Shown: positions 36,736 to 47,270, numbered from the stretch's first letter. The stretch is 64,000 bases of DNA from Candidatus Krumholzibacteriia bacterium (GCA_041484665.1 JBGPIA010000013.1:62323-126322), one strand, 5' to 3'. Made by a program: numbers and translations. The notes: generated by a model not told the origin, from the letters alone.

Positions 36736-38402
36736 TCGTGCAGGTCTCTCTTGAGCTCGCTGACGCTGCGCAGGGCGATGGCGACCGCGGGCAGAACCAG
36801 TGGGTTGCGGTAGACCAAATAGCGGGGCTCCCAGATGGTGGCGAACTTCGCCTTGAAACGGCGCAGCCCGCGGAAGCTGAACAGAGCATTGAGGTATTGG
36901 AAGAAGAAGTGGATGGCCCGCTCCTCGGCGGTGGCCTCCTCCTTCTCGGCGAAGCCCGACATCGGCGCCATGCCCAGATCGAAGCGCGTGAAGCCTTGGT
37001 CACGGCACTGCTCGAAGGTCTTCACGAACAGGAAGTCCATCGTGCCGCCGGGAGCGTCCGGGAGGTGGCGCATGAGGTCGATCGTGGCCTCACCCTTGCA
37101 ATACGACGGGATCAGGTTGCTGAACGCCTTCATCTCGCCCTGCGGGCCCTCCACGGCGATCAGTGGCGTCGACCGCACGTAGTCCAAGTCGAACCACCCC
37201 AGGGTGAACCGGCGCTCGCGCCGCCCCGGAATCGTCAGCCAGGCGTCCGAGACCACCTGGACCCGCTGCAGGAGAGCGTCGTCCAATGGCGGGTCGTAGC
37301 GTACCGCGCGCATCCCCTCGCGCTCGAGCTGATTGATGGTGTTGCGGATCGACTTCTTCGACTTGCCGTCCAGGGAGAAGTGCGTCAGGTCTACGATGGC
37401 GTCGTCGCCGATCTTGAGCTTGTGCAGCCCGTGCTCGCGGTAGAGCGGCAGGAAGTCCGGAAGAGTCTGGTGGAACGCTGCGCCCCAGTCGTTGTCCTGG
37501 CAGAAGGTCAAGAACCCACCGATCGCCGCACGCACCGCTTGCGGCGAGCCGACGGGATCCCCCAGCGCGATGGCGTAGCTGGCGCCTACCCGGTAGGCAA
37601 CGAAGGCATCCTGCGATGGCGAGACCCACAGCGACTTGTCCGGCCACACCTTGAAGTAGTCGAGGGCGCAGCGCCCGTGCTCGCGCAGCAGCTCCCCGGC
37701 ACGATGACGCTCGCGCGGCACGGTCGACAGCCGGTAGACCACCGGACGGAACAGGGCGAAGGCGGAGTACACCACGGCCGTGGTGGTCATCAGGTCCAAC
37801 GAGTGCAGGAACCAACGAGCGTGGTTTGTATGCGGAGTCAACTCGGGATTCTGCATCAGCAGCATCGTGCGAACGGTCGTCGCGATGGCATCCGGCAGAG
37901 TGAAGTTGATGCCGAAGTCGCGCCGGTCCAGCAGCCAGAAGCCCGCCACCCCGTAGGCCAAAGCCAGCGCGAACGCCGACGCCAGTTGAAGCACGCCGGT
38001 CTGGATCTCCGGGGTGCTGCTCTTGACCGTGAAGCTATTGCGGTTGACGACCAGTGCCAGGATCACGAATCCGGAGTAGATGGCCTGCTCGAAGCTGCGG
38101 CCCTTGGCGAGGTGGAAGACCAACGACAGCACCGCGACCACGAGCACGGCGTAGAATGCCCGGCGCTTGCGCTTGTAGACGTTGAACGAGCCGACCACCA
38201 GCGCGAACCCCAGCACCAGGCTCACGAGGCGCGAGACGTGCAGGAACTGCAGGGGGAAGATCTCCTGGAAGATCCGCTCGTGGGCCCACCGTGGACTCAG
38301 CAAGGAGGCGAGGTTGACCAGGCCGCCGCCCAGCGTCAGGAGGGCTGTGACGTGGACCAGCAGCAGTGGCTGGCGGGCGCGGATTGCGGCCAGGCGGTCC
38401 AT
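36732..38402 (-). CDS. Aminoacyl-phosphatidylglycerol synthase (MprF C-terminal / DUF2156 domain)
   Basis: ALGDPVG, LKIGDDA, DLMRH...GTMDFLF, LGMAPMSG, GLRRFKAKF..WEPRYL. Confidence 0.9.
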   Translation of the reverse strand: MDRLAAIRARQPLLLVHVTALLTLGGGLVNLASLLSPRWAHERIFQEIFPLQFLHVSRLVSLVLGFALVVGSFNVYKRKRRAFYAVLVVAVLSLVFHLAKGRSFEQAIYSGFVILALVVNRNSFTVKSSTPEIQTGVLQLASAFALALAYGVAGFWLLDRRDFGINFTLPDAIATTVRTMLLMQNPELTPHTNHARWFLHSLDLMTTTAVVYSAFALFRPVVYRLSTVPRERHRAGELLREHGRCALDYFKVWPDKSLWVSPSQDAFVAYRVGASYAIALGDPVGSPQAVRAAIGGFLTFCQDNDWGAAFHQTLPDFLPLYREHGLHKLKIGDDAIVDLTHFSLDGKSKKSIRNTINQLEREGMRAVRYDPPLDDALLQRVQVVSDAWLTIPGRRERRFTLGWFDLDYVRSTPLIAVEGPQGEMKAFSNLIPSYCKGEATIDLMRHLPDAPGGTMDFLFVKTFEQCRDQGFTRFDLGMAPMSGFAEKEEATAEERAIHFFFQYLNALFSFRGLRRFKAKFATIWEPRYLVYRNPLVLPAVAIALRSVSELKRDLHE

Positions 38403-38663
38403 CGCTTCTCCCTACGGATCGGCCCAGGAGCGGGCACCGGATCGCGGTCCAATGCAGCCCCGTAGTCTAGGAGGGCGGCGGGCGCGACACAACTGCGCGC
38501 GTGGGCCAGGGCGCGCGGGCCCGTGAGCGTGGACTTTGCCCGTGGCCAGTGCGCGCAGGGTGTGCGCGTGGGCCAGGGCGCGCTCGCGGCGTGCGGGGAA
38601 GGTGCCTGCGGTGGTTGGAGGTTTGCTGGACGGCGCTGCACGCCACGTTCGAGCTACGGGCGG

Positions 38664-39887
38664 TCACTCGTACCGCAGTGCCTCGATCGCGTCCAGCGCC
38701 GCTGCGCGCCGCGCTGGCCAGACGCCGAAGATGATCCCCACGGCGCCGGAGAAGAGCACGGCGACCAGCACGGACGCCCCGCCCACCGATGTGCTCCAGC
38801 CCAGCGACTTGTGCAGGATCATCGACGCGCCGGTCCCGACGCCGATTCCGATCATGCCGCCGAGCATGCACAGGACCAGCGCCTCGGTCAGGAACTGGAT
38901 CAGGATATTGTGCCGGGTGGCGCCCATCGACTTGCGGATCCCGATCTCACGCGTGCGCTCGGTGACCGATACCAGCATGATGTTCATGATGCCAATGCCG
39001 CCCACCACGAGGCTCACGGCCGCGATCCCCGCCAGCAGCAGTCCGAACACCTGCGACGTCTCCCCGAGCGTCGTCAGGAAATCCGCCTGGTTGCGGATGG
39101 TGAAGTCGTCGCTCTGCCCCTGGCGCAGTCGGTGCTCGCGCCGCAGGATCTTCTGCACGTCGGCCATCGTGAGCGGGATGTCGTCCTCGGTGGGGGCGAG
39201 CACGTTGAGCACCCGCAGCCGGTCGCTGCCGATGAGGCGGAAACGCGCCGTCTGGATCGGTACCAGGACCTGATCGTCGGGGTTGGCGAAACCGCCGCCC
39301 TGGCCTTTGGACGCCAGGACGCCGATCACATCGAATTGCACGCCGTTGATACGGACCTCGGCACCCACCAGTGCGTCGGCGGACGGAGCGCTCAGATTGG
39401 TCACCAACTCGGAGCCCAGCACGACCAGACGTCGGCGCGCGTTGTCGTCGGCCGAGGTGAACATCCTGCCCGCCGCCAGGGTGAACTTGCGGACCTCCAG
39501 ATAGTTGGCCGAGGTTCCTACCACACTTGTGCTGGTGTTGTGGTTGCCGTACTGCACCTGGGCCGAGCGCGACATCTCGGGCTGCACCGCCAGGACGTAG
39601 GTGGCTCGATTCTCGACCGCCGCGGAGTCGTCCATCGTGAGCGGCACCCGGTCGCTGGCCGAGGCTACGCCGCCGAACCCGCGGGCCTGCCCCGGGATCA
39701 CGGTGAGCAGGGTGGTGCCCAGCGCAGCGATGCGCGAGTTGACCGCCTCCTGCGCGCCGCGCCCGAGCGCGACCATGGCGATCAGGGCGGCGACGCCGAT
39801 CACGATGCCCAGCATCGTGAGAAACGAGCGCAGCTTGTTCGCCCGCAGTGCGGACAGGGCCATGCGGACGGTCTCGCCGATCAGCAT
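38664..39887 (-). CDS. MacB-like ABC permease
   Basis: RSFLTMLGIVIGVA, GIGIMNIMLVSVTERTREIGIRK, ALRYE. Confidence 0.93.
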   Translation of the reverse strand: MLIGETVRMALSALRANKLRSFLTMLGIVIGVAALIAMVALGRGAQEAVNSRIAALGTTLLTVIPGQARGFGGVASASDRVPLTMDDSAAVENRATYVLAVQPEMSRSAQVQYGNHNTSTSVVGTSANYLEVRKFTLAAGRMFTSADDNARRRLVVLGSELVTNLSAPSADALVGAEVRINGVQFDVIGVLASKGQGGGFANPDDQVLVPIQTARFRLIGSDRLRVLNVLAPTEDDIPLTMADVQKILRREHRLRQGQSDDFTIRNQADFLTTLGETSQVFGLLLAGIAAVSLVVGGIGIMNIMLVSVTERTREIGIRKSMGATRHNILIQFLTEALVLCMLGGMIGIGVGTGASMILHKSLGWSTSVGGASVLVAVLFSGAVGIIFGVWPARRAAALDAIEALRYE

Positions 39888-39907
39888 CGCGTGTGCAGCT
39901 CCTGTCG

Positions 39908-41620
39908 CTATCCGCCCGTTCCGCGCGTACCCTGGCCGCGCGAGCCCGCCGCGCCCGAGGAGCCCGACGTCCCGGACGCGCCCGGCAAGCCAGTGCCCAT
40001 GCGCTCGCGCACGCGGGCCTGGTCCTGCTTGCGCATGGCCTGCATTTCAGCGACGCTCAGAAGCGCCACCTCGTCGCCTTCTTCCAGCCCGCTGAGGACC
40101 TCGGCGTAGTCGAAGTTGGAGAGCCCCAACCGCACCAACCGCGGCTGCAGCCCGTTGGGCGTCTTGACGAAGACCACCTGAGGCCCGCCAGAGCGCCCGC
40201 CGGAGGCGCTGGAGGCGCCGGACGCCACCGACGACCCGGACGCGCCCGACGTACCGGACGTACTCAACGCACCCGCTGCGCGCGCCCCACCTGCCGCACC
40301 CACTGCGCCCAGCCCGCCGGAGCCCGATCCCCACTGGCCGCTGGCGCCGGACCGCCGCATCTCGCGCCAGCGCGCGCGCATCGAGTCGGCCTTCGCGCCC
40401 GAAGTGGCCGAGGCACGCAGAGCGCCAGGAGTTCCCGGCGCTCCGGAGGCTGCCGATGCGTCCGGCGCCCCCGACGCCCCTGACACTCCCGAAGCCCCAG
40501 ATGCCCCCGACGAGCCGGCCGCCGCCGCCGACTCCGGTGCCGCCGACGCCCCCGACCCTGCCTGCGCGCTTGCGCGTTCGCCGCGGGAGGCGCGACCGCC
40601 ACCCAGCGCCTTCAGCTGACGATCGAGCTGGGCGCTGACCGAGTCCGGACTGAGCCCCACCGCGCTGGCGACGCTGCGCGCCTCGCGGATGGTGCGCACG
40701 GCATCCAGCGAGACCGCCAGCGCGTCCGCGCGCCGGTCGACGAGCATGCTCACCTCACCGTTCATCCCCGGCAGCAGCAGGCCCTCCTCGTTGGAGATCG
40801 AGACCAGCACGGGGAACAGCGTGACCGATTGCTGGACGACCGCCTGGGGCTCGATCTTGGACACCGTGCCGTGGAACGTGCGCTGCGGGAACGCGTCCAC
40901 CGTGACCGTGACCGGCGCGCCGGGCCGCACGCTGCCGATGTCGCGTTCGGCCACCAGGGCGCGCAAGCGCACCTTGCTCAGATCGGCCATGGTCAGGATG
41001 GACGTCCCGCCGCTCACCGAGGACGTCGCCGACGAGATCACCTGCCCGGCCGAGACGGGCTGTTGCAGCACCGTTCCGGCGATGGGCGCCCGCACGGTGG
41101 CGTCGTCGCGGCGCTGGCGCGCGATGTCCAGGGTGCTGCGGGCCGACACCAACTGGGACTGGGCGTTGGCGAAGTCCAGCGTCGCGCTCTCGTGCTCATC
41201 GGTGGTGATGATCTGCTGGGCGAACAGGTCGTCGGATCGCTTATTCTGGGCGCCGGAGATGTCCACCTTGGCCTGGGCCGCACGCAGGGCCGCCGCAGCC
41301 TGGTCGTACTGGTTCTGGACGTCGACGGTGTCGATCTGGGCGATCAGATCGCCGACCTTCACCCTCGAGCCAACCTCGACGGGCATCCGCAGGATCTGCC
41401 CCGAGGCCTTCGACTTGACCTCGACCAGGTCGATGGGCTCGACCGTACCGGTCGCGTCGATGGTCACGGCAATCTCGCGCCGCTGGACCGCATCGGTCGG
41501 AATGACCTGCGCGCCGGCCTCCCGCCGCGCGAAATTGCGCCACACCAAGAGCGCCGCGGCGGCCACGCCGACCACCACGAGCAGCGACACGGCGCGCCGA
41601 AGCACCGAACGCTTGGTCAC
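39908..41620 (-). CDS. MacA-like efflux periplasmic adaptor with low-complexity insert
   Basis: GGAGGA RBS and GTG; VEVKSKASGQI, VRAPIAGTV, LLPGMNGEV, EVLSGLEEGDEV. Confidence 0.88.
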   Translation of the reverse strand: MTKRSVLRRAVSLLVVVGVAAAALLVWRNFARREAGAQVIPTDAVQRREIAVTIDATGTVEPIDLVEVKSKASGQILRMPVEVGSRVKVGDLIAQIDTVDVQNQYDQAAAALRAAQAKVDISGAQNKRSDDLFAQQIITTDEHESATLDFANAQSQLVSARSTLDIARQRRDDATVRAPIAGTVLQQPVSAGQVISSATSSVSGGTSILTMADLSKVRLRALVAERDIGSVRPGAPVTVTVDAFPQRTFHGTVSKIEPQAVVQQSVTLFPVLVSISNEEGLLLPGMNGEVSMLVDRRADALAVSLDAVRTIREARSVASAVGLSPDSVSAQLDRQLKALGGGRASRGERASAQAGSGASAAPESAAAAGSSGASGASGVSGASGAPDASAASGAPGTPGALRASATSGAKADSMRARWREMRRSGASGQWGSGSGGLGAVGAAGGARAAGALSTSGTSGASGSSVASGASSASGGRSGGPQVVFVKTPNGLQPRLVRLGLSNFDYAEVLSGLEEGDEVALLSVAEMQAMRKQDQARVRERMGTGLPGASGTSGSSGAAGSRGQGTRGTGG

Positions 41621-41675
41621 GGAATCCTCCTCACGCTGGCATTCCTGCGGCCTGACACTCGTCTGCGCATGTTGT

Positions 41676-43076
41676 TCACAGCTCCCGCCCCACGAGCGCC
41701 TCGAGCTGTGCTCTGGCCACGCGCAGGTCGAAGCGGGCACGGATGAGATCCTGGCGCGCCTGATCGAGCAGGGCTTGGGAGGTCAGGATGTCCAACAAGG
41801 TCGCTGCGCTCACGCCGTAGCGCTGCTGCTGCACGCGCAGGTCCTCCTCCGCCGCCTCGACGGACGCGGCCTGCGATGCCACCTTCTCCTCCGCGGATCG
41901 GAACCCACCCAGCGACTGCGCGAGGCTCTCCAGCGCCCCCAGCTGGGCGTCGCGCAGGGTAGCCTCGGCGTTTTCCTGTGCGACTTGTGCCTGCACGACC
42001 TGCTGCTCGCGCTGCAGGCCGTTGAACAGCGGAAAGGACAGCGAAAATCGCACGGTGCTCGAGTAGGAATAGTCGTTGCCCGTCAGGGCGAAGGCGCCTC
42101 CGGTGGCATTGCCGCTGCGCGAGTAGCTAGCGCTGACGGAGGGGAGGTAAGCGGTCCACGCGCGGCGCCTGGCTTGCTGCGCGGCCGCCAGCTGCTCCTG
42201 CGCCTGTCGCACGCCCGGGCCCTCCAGCGCCAGCTCCCGCAGCGCGTCGTCGCTCAGCGTGAGCTGTGCGGGCTCCCCAAGGTCGGTATTGGCGGCCGTC
42301 ACCGGGTCGGGCGTGGCGACGGCGCGCGTGAGCGCTGCGTTGGCCACCTGCAGCGAGATGCGGGCGTCGAGGATGGCGATCCGGGCGCTGCGCACCTGGA
42401 TCTCCGAGCGCAGGGAGTCCGACCGCGTCGCGGTCCGGGCCCGCACGCGAAGCACCGACGCCTTGAGCTGCTGCTGCGCCTGCTCGAGTTGGGCCTGCGC
42501 GGCGGCCCCGTACTCGCGCGCCGCGAGCACGTTGAAGAACTGCTGCTTCACCGCCAGCGTGGCGGCGAAGCGCTGCGATACCTCGCTCGCTGCCGCTGAC
42601 CTGGCGTTGGCCTGCGCCTGTCGCAGGTCGAAGAAACGCTGCCCGCCGTCGAACAGCTGCAGGTTGGCACCCAGACCCTGGCTGTACGACCAGGGGTCGC
42701 TGGGCAGGGTGATGATCTGGCCGTTCTCGACGCGCGTGCGGCCCGGTCCCGACTGGAGCTGGCGGGTGGCGCCGGCCGAGAGGCTGACGGTGGGAAGGAA
42801 CGCAGCGTAGGCGGAGCGCACGCCGGCGGCGGTCGTCCGCTTCTGTCCCATGGCCTGTACGATCGCAGGCGCGTTGCGCTGCGCCAGCTCGAGCGCCTCC
42901 TGCAACGTGATCGGTCGCGGTTCTGCGGCAGTGGCTGACTGCACCGATGCCGGGCCCGACACCGACACCGACGCCGACGCCGACGCCGGGGCTGGTACCG
43001 AACCCGGTGCCGCTGCCTGTGCCGGCACCGGTGCCGTTGCCATCGCCGCGGTAAGAAACAAGCCGAGCAAGGTCAC
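41676..43076 (-). CDS. TolC-family outer membrane efflux protein
   Basis: ITLQEALELA, AAFLPTVSL, LFDGG, duplicated helical architecture. Confidence 0.88.
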   Translation of the reverse strand: MTLLGLFLTAAMATAPVPAQAAAPGSVPAPASASASVSVSGPASVQSATAAEPRPITLQEALELAQRNAPAIVQAMGQKRTTAAGVRSAYAAFLPTVSLSAGATRQLQSGPGRTRVENGQIITLPSDPWSYSQGLGANLQLFDGGQRFFDLRQAQANARSAAASEVSQRFAATLAVKQQFFNVLAAREYGAAAQAQLEQAQQQLKASVLRVRARTATRSDSLRSEIQVRSARIAILDARISLQVANAALTRAVATPDPVTAANTDLGEPAQLTLSDDALRELALEGPGVRQAQEQLAAAQQARRRAWTAYLPSVSASYSRSGNATGGAFALTGNDYSYSSTVRFSLSFPLFNGLQREQQVVQAQVAQENAEATLRDAQLGALESLAQSLGGFRSAEEKVASQAASVEAAEEDLRVQQQRYGVSAATLLDILTSQALLDQARQDLIRARFDLRVARAQLEALVGREL

Positions 43077-43133
43077 GTCCCGATCCCCCCGGTGCGTGTT
43101 TGGCGCGGGCGTTGCCCGCCCGCGCCAGACACA

Positions 43134-43937
43134 TCAAGCATGGACCCGTTGATACACATGCGTGAACACACTTGGCGATCCCGAGCTACCCGGCTCCACC
43201 TTCGTGAGGATCTTCAGGGTACGCCCCTCGTTCATCAGCATATAGATGTCTGTGATCTTGACGCCGTTGCCGGACGTCCGTTGGACCTCCAGATGCCCGC
43301 TGACCCACTCTCCCGTGAGCTGCTGCGGGCCGGAATCCTTCGCGGGCTTGATGGCCTGGCCGCCGCCCGTGCTGATCACCTGGATCAGCGTGCCCGCCGA
43401 GTCGGCCACGCTCACAGTACTCCCCTGTTGTTGGATCTGGATCGTCGCGGGGAGTCGGCGGTGAACCATGGCGCCGCCGGGGGCCTCGCCCTGCGGCCGT
43501 TCACCGAAGCCGCCCCGCGCGCCATGGCCGCCGCCATGCCCGCCCCGCATCCCCGCCCCCATCCCTTCGTGGCCCCCGCGCGGCCCGCGAGTGGCGCCCG
43601 GCTCTCCTGCAGCGCCGGGCAGCTCGCTCTGGCTGCGATCGAGCCGCCACATTCCGCCGAAGCTCACGGGCTGCGCGGCCGCCGGCGCTCCCGGCGCGGA
43701 GTGCGCCACCGCGGCGTCCGCTGTCGGTGTCTGTGCCGCAGGGGGCTGCGCCCCCGAGGACTGCGGCGGTGGGGTCTGCGCGGGTGGGGTCTGCGCGGGC
43801 GACGTCTGCGCTGCCGGAGGCGGCGTGGCCGGAGCCAGCGCCGGGTCACTGGCGCGTGCCGGGCGGCCGGCTGCCGGACCGAGCGACCCCGCGGCCACCG
43901 CGAGGCCGATGAGAACTGGACGTATCGCACGGATCAT
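43134..43937 (-). CDS. Secreted hypothetical protein (lipocalin-like beta fold possible)
   Basis: Signal peptide; FGGMWRLDRSQSE; Gly-rich middle; C-terminal VYQR. Confidence 0.65.
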   Translation of the reverse strand: MIRAIRPVLIGLAVAAGSLGPAAGRPARASDPALAPATPPPAAQTSPAQTPPAQTPPPQSSGAQPPAAQTPTADAAVAHSAPGAPAAAQPVSFGGMWRLDRSQSELPGAAGEPGATRGPRGGHEGMGAGMRGGHGGGHGARGGFGERPQGEAPGGAMVHRRLPATIQIQQQGSTVSVADSAGTLIQVISTGGGQAIKPAKDSGPQQLTGEWVSGHLEVQRTSGNGVKITDIYMLMNEGRTLKILTKVEPGSSGSPSVFTHVYQRVHA

Positions 43938-44057
43938 CGTGAATCTGCCTTTCGCTGCCAACCGCAGGGGCCCAGGCGGGTGCCTCTCCCGCCCCGGGTC
44001 GCGCCGAACCGCTTGGGATCGCCGACCCGCGGCGCGCTCGTGCCCCCGCACCTTTCC

Positions 44058-44287
44058 CAACCTACGCAGCAGGTGTGGCAGAAACGTGGCGACGCTCTGG
44101 CAAATTGAAGCAAAGGTGCCAAGGCCCCCGCGCGTCATTGCCCCGGTCCTTTGGGGGTATGCGCCGCGGCTCCCCTGGGAGCGTTGCGCGTCGGGCACGG
44201 GCGGCAGGTGCCGACGCCGGCGCAGGCGTCGGAACCATCTACAGGCCATGCACGCGCCATATCTCTGCCACACACCTCGGCTATATT
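44058..44287. promoter_or_regulatory. Divergent promoters with 11-bp-period GCCA direct repeats (OmpR-type boxes)
   Basis: TGGC units at 44076, 44087, 44098 and GCCA units at 44245, 44256, 44267; each array lies 11 nt before a -10-like hexamer (TAGGTT on minus, TATATT on plus). Confidence 0.65.
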
Positions 44288-44357
44288 GGGATCGGTGCCC
44301 CGGCCGGCGGGTCGCGACGGGGCAGAGCACCACAGACCGACGCGTGTGGAGCAGACG

Positions 44358-45044
44358 GTGAACCAGCGGATCCTCGTCGTCGAAGACGATTCCCGGATTG
44401 CCGACCTGGTGATCAAGAATCTCGAGGCCGCCGGGTACGCGTGCGACCGGTCGTCCGATGGCGGCCAAGCCTTGGTCGCGTTCGCGCGACAGCGCCCCGC
44501 ACTGATCGTCCTCGACCTGGGGCTGGCGGGGTTAAACGGGTTGGAGGTGATGCGCCGCGTCCGCAAGGAGAGCGACGTACCCATCCTCGTGGTGACCGCG
44601 CGCGGGAGCGAGAGCGACAAGCTGCTGGGACTGGAGCTGGGCGCCGACGATTACGTGACCAAACCCTTCAGCACGGCCGAGCTGGTGGCGCGGGTCCGCG
44701 CGCTGCTGCGCCGGTCGGGCGGCTCGGTGGGCGAACGCGTGCTGGAGCTGGGCGGGTTGCGCATCGATCCGGCGCGGCGGACGGTGCTGTGCGATCGCGA
44801 GCCGGTGCCGCTCACGACCCTCGAATTCGATCTGCTGTACTTTCTCGCTTCACGGCCGGGCCGAGTGTTCAGCCGCGAGGCGCTCATGGAGCAGGTGTGG
44901 GGCAGCGACCGCGTTGTTGACGACCGCTCCATCGACAGCCTGGTGAGCCGTGTCCGCCGCAAGCTGGAGCGCGATCCGTCCCGGCCGCGCTACGTCCAGA
45001 CCGTATGGGGCGCCGGCTACCGGTTTGCGGAGCAAGCATCGTGA
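44358..45044 (+). CDS. OmpR-family response regulator
   Basis: ILVVEDD, LIVLD, GADDYVTKPF, QTVWGAGYRF. Confidence 0.93.
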   Translation: MNQRILVVEDDSRIADLVIKNLEAAGYACDRSSDGGQALVAFARQRPALIVLDLGLAGLNGLEVMRRVRKESDVPILVVTARGSESDKLLGLELGADDYVTKPFSTAELVARVRALLRRSGGSVGERVLELGGLRIDPARRTVLCDREPVPLTTLEFDLLYFLASRPGRVFSREALMEQVWGSDRVVDDRSIDSLVSRVRRKLERDPSRPRYVQTVWGAGYRFAEQAS

Positions 45045-46516
45045 CGCGCGCCAAGCGCGGGCGCAGCCTCTTCTGGACCATCGCCGGGCTCTTCCTGCTG
45101 ACGGTCGTCCTCGGGACGCTCGTCCAGACCCTGATGGCGGTGGCGGTGTTGCGGCCGTTGGAGGCGCGTGACGCGCGCGGGCGCGCCGAGATCGTGGCCT
45201 CCAGCATCGCGGTCGAGATCGCCGCGCGGGAGCGCTCCCCCTCCGCGGCGGTGCTCGACACGCTCCTCGGACGCTATCGCGCCGAGCTGGGCCCGCGGCC
45301 CGTGGGGCTCGTCTATCGCGCCAGCGACGGCAGCGTCGTCACCGCTCCGCCGGAGCGCGCGCGCTACATCCGCCAGGTCCTGGGGGGGAAGGCCGTGCCG
45401 GACTCGCTGCCGGACGGCCCGGCGCCGGGAGAGCCCCCCTTCCGGCTGGAGCTGATGGCGCGGCGCACGGTCGTGAGCGGATCGACGGTGCTGGGCGAGA
45501 TCCTGGTGGTGCGCCCCACCCGTCGGCACAGCGTGTGGGACTTGCTGGGGCGCAGCACCGCAGTGCTGTTCCTGCCCATCGCCATCCTCACCTCTGCCCT
45601 GGCCGGGCTGGTGGTCGTACGGCTGCTCGTGCGCCGCCTGCGTTCGCTGGAGACGCTGGCCGCCCGCGTGACCGAGGGCGACCTCTCGGTGCGGATCGCC
45701 GATCACAGCGGTGATGAGATCGGACGCCTCGCCGAGCGGCTCGACCGTATGGCCGAGCGGCTGGCCGAGGCGCGCGGTCAGGTGGAGAAGACCGAGCGCC
45801 AGCGCCGCCAGCTCTTCGCCGACATCACCCACGAACTGGCCACACCCCTCACTTCGATCCGTGGCTACGCCGAGACGATGCTCGATCCACAGGTGCCACT
45901 CTCCGGCGAGGAGCGCACGCGCTACGTGTATGGCGTGCTGGAGGAGTCCCGCCGGCTGGACCGGCTGATCCGCGACCTGTTCGATCTCGCCCGGCTGGAG
46001 GCGGGAGCCACGCCGCTGGCCAAGGAGCCGCTCGACTGGGCGGCGCTCTGCCGCAACACCGTCGAGCGATTCGAGCCGCGCTTCGCCGACGCCGGCCTGC
46101 GCCTGGTGTGGCGCGATCCGCCGGACGAGGCCTGGATCGAGGCCGACGGGCGACGGATCGAGCAGGTGCTCGAGAATCTCCTGATCAATGCGCTGCGCTA
46201 CGTGCCGGCGGGCGGAAGCGTCGAGCTGTCGCTGGCGGCGTCGCCGCAGCGCAGCGGGCACTTCCGTCTCGCCGTGAGCGACGATGGCCCGGGGGTCGCT
46301 CCCGAAGAGCTGCCGCTCGTATTCGAGCGCTTCTATCGCGGGACCGCCGCTCGCGCGCACGGCGAGGAGCGCGACGCGATGGGCTCGGGGTTGGGCTCTG
46401 GGCTGGGCTTGGCGATCGTGCTGGAGATCGTGGAGCGTCACGGCGGCACCGTGCGTGCCCAGGCGCACGCGCCACACGGGCTTTCGATCGTCATCGAGCT
46501 TCCGGCGCGCGCCTGA
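45041..46516 (+). CDS. HAMP sensor histidine kinase
   Basis: DEIGRLA, THELATPLT, NLLINALRY, DDGPG, GLGLAIV. Confidence 0.93.
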   Translation: MTRAKRGRSLFWTIAGLFLLTVVLGTLVQTLMAVAVLRPLEARDARGRAEIVASSIAVEIAARERSPSAAVLDTLLGRYRAELGPRPVGLVYRASDGSVVTAPPERARYIRQVLGGKAVPDSLPDGPAPGEPPFRLELMARRTVVSGSTVLGEILVVRPTRRHSVWDLLGRSTAVLFLPIAILTSALAGLVVVRLLVRRLRSLETLAARVTEGDLSVRIADHSGDEIGRLAERLDRMAERLAEARGQVEKTERQRRQLFADITHELATPLTSIRGYAETMLDPQVPLSGEERTRYVYGVLEESRRLDRLIRDLFDLARLEAGATPLAKEPLDWAALCRNTVERFEPRFADAGLRLVWRDPPDEAWIEADGRRIEQVLENLLINALRYVPAGGSVELSLAASPQRSGHFRLAVSDDGPGVAPEELPLVFERFYRGTAARAHGEERDAMGSGLGSGLGLAIVLEIVERHGGTVRAQAHAPHGLSIVIELPARA

Positions 46517-46619
46517 CCTTGCCCACGCCGCGGCTCCAGGCTAGCCTAGGCCGCGACGAGCGCCCCCTGCGCCCCCTGCGTCCCGCGCGAGACCGCGCAC
46601 ACCCCCGGAGAGGTTCGCC

Positions 46620-47270
46620 ATGCCGCGCTCCATGCCGATGCTGTGCCAGCAGGCGCTCGCGCATGCGCCCGCCCCCTCGGTCGCACCCACGCTTGCGCCC
46701 AGGCCCGCGCCCGCACCTGTGCTCGCGCCCATGCCCGCACCTGCGCTCGCGCCGATGCGCACACCTGCGCTCGCCGTCGCGCTCGCGTTGATCGTCTGCA
46801 CGGCCCTTTCTGTGGGGCTCACTTCGCCCTCGGCCGCGGCCGGATCTGGCGGCGGGGGCCACGGCGTGCGTGGCTGGGGCCCCCGCCTGGGCGTGACGGT
46901 GAACCCCGACCAATTCCACTTTGGCATGCATCTGGACGCAGGCAATTTCGCGGAACGGGTGCGATTCCAGCCCAACATCGAGGTCGGAGTCGGCGACCAC
47001 GTGACCACGGTCGCTCTCAACTTCGAGGCCATGTACCGGTTCCGGAAGCGCTGGGATGTCTGGACCCCCTACGCTGGCGGAGGGCTCGGCCTGAATTTCT
47101 TCGACTGGGACCACGGGTACGGCGACAGCAGCGACACCGAGCTCGGGGTGAACGCGCTGGGTGGGATCGAGAAGGGGCTGTCCAACGGCGACCGCTTCTT
47201 CCTGGAGCTCAAGCTGGGGCTGGCCAACTCGCCGGACTTCAAGGTCACCGTCGGCTGGACGTTCGAGTAG
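46620..47270 (+). CDS. Outer-membrane beta-barrel protein
   Basis: Alternating beta strands, PYAGGGLG, terminal VGWTFE. Confidence 0.75.
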   Translation: MPRSMPMLCQQALAHAPAPSVAPTLAPRPAPAPVLAPMPAPALAPMRTPALAVALALIVCTALSVGLTSPSAAAGSGGGGHGVRGWGPRLGVTVNPDQFHFGMHLDAGNFAERVRFQPNIEVGVGDHVTTVALNFEAMYRFRKRWDVWTPYAGGGLGLNFFDWDHGYGDSSDTELGVNALGGIEKGLSNGDRFFLELKLGLANSPDFKVTVGWTFE

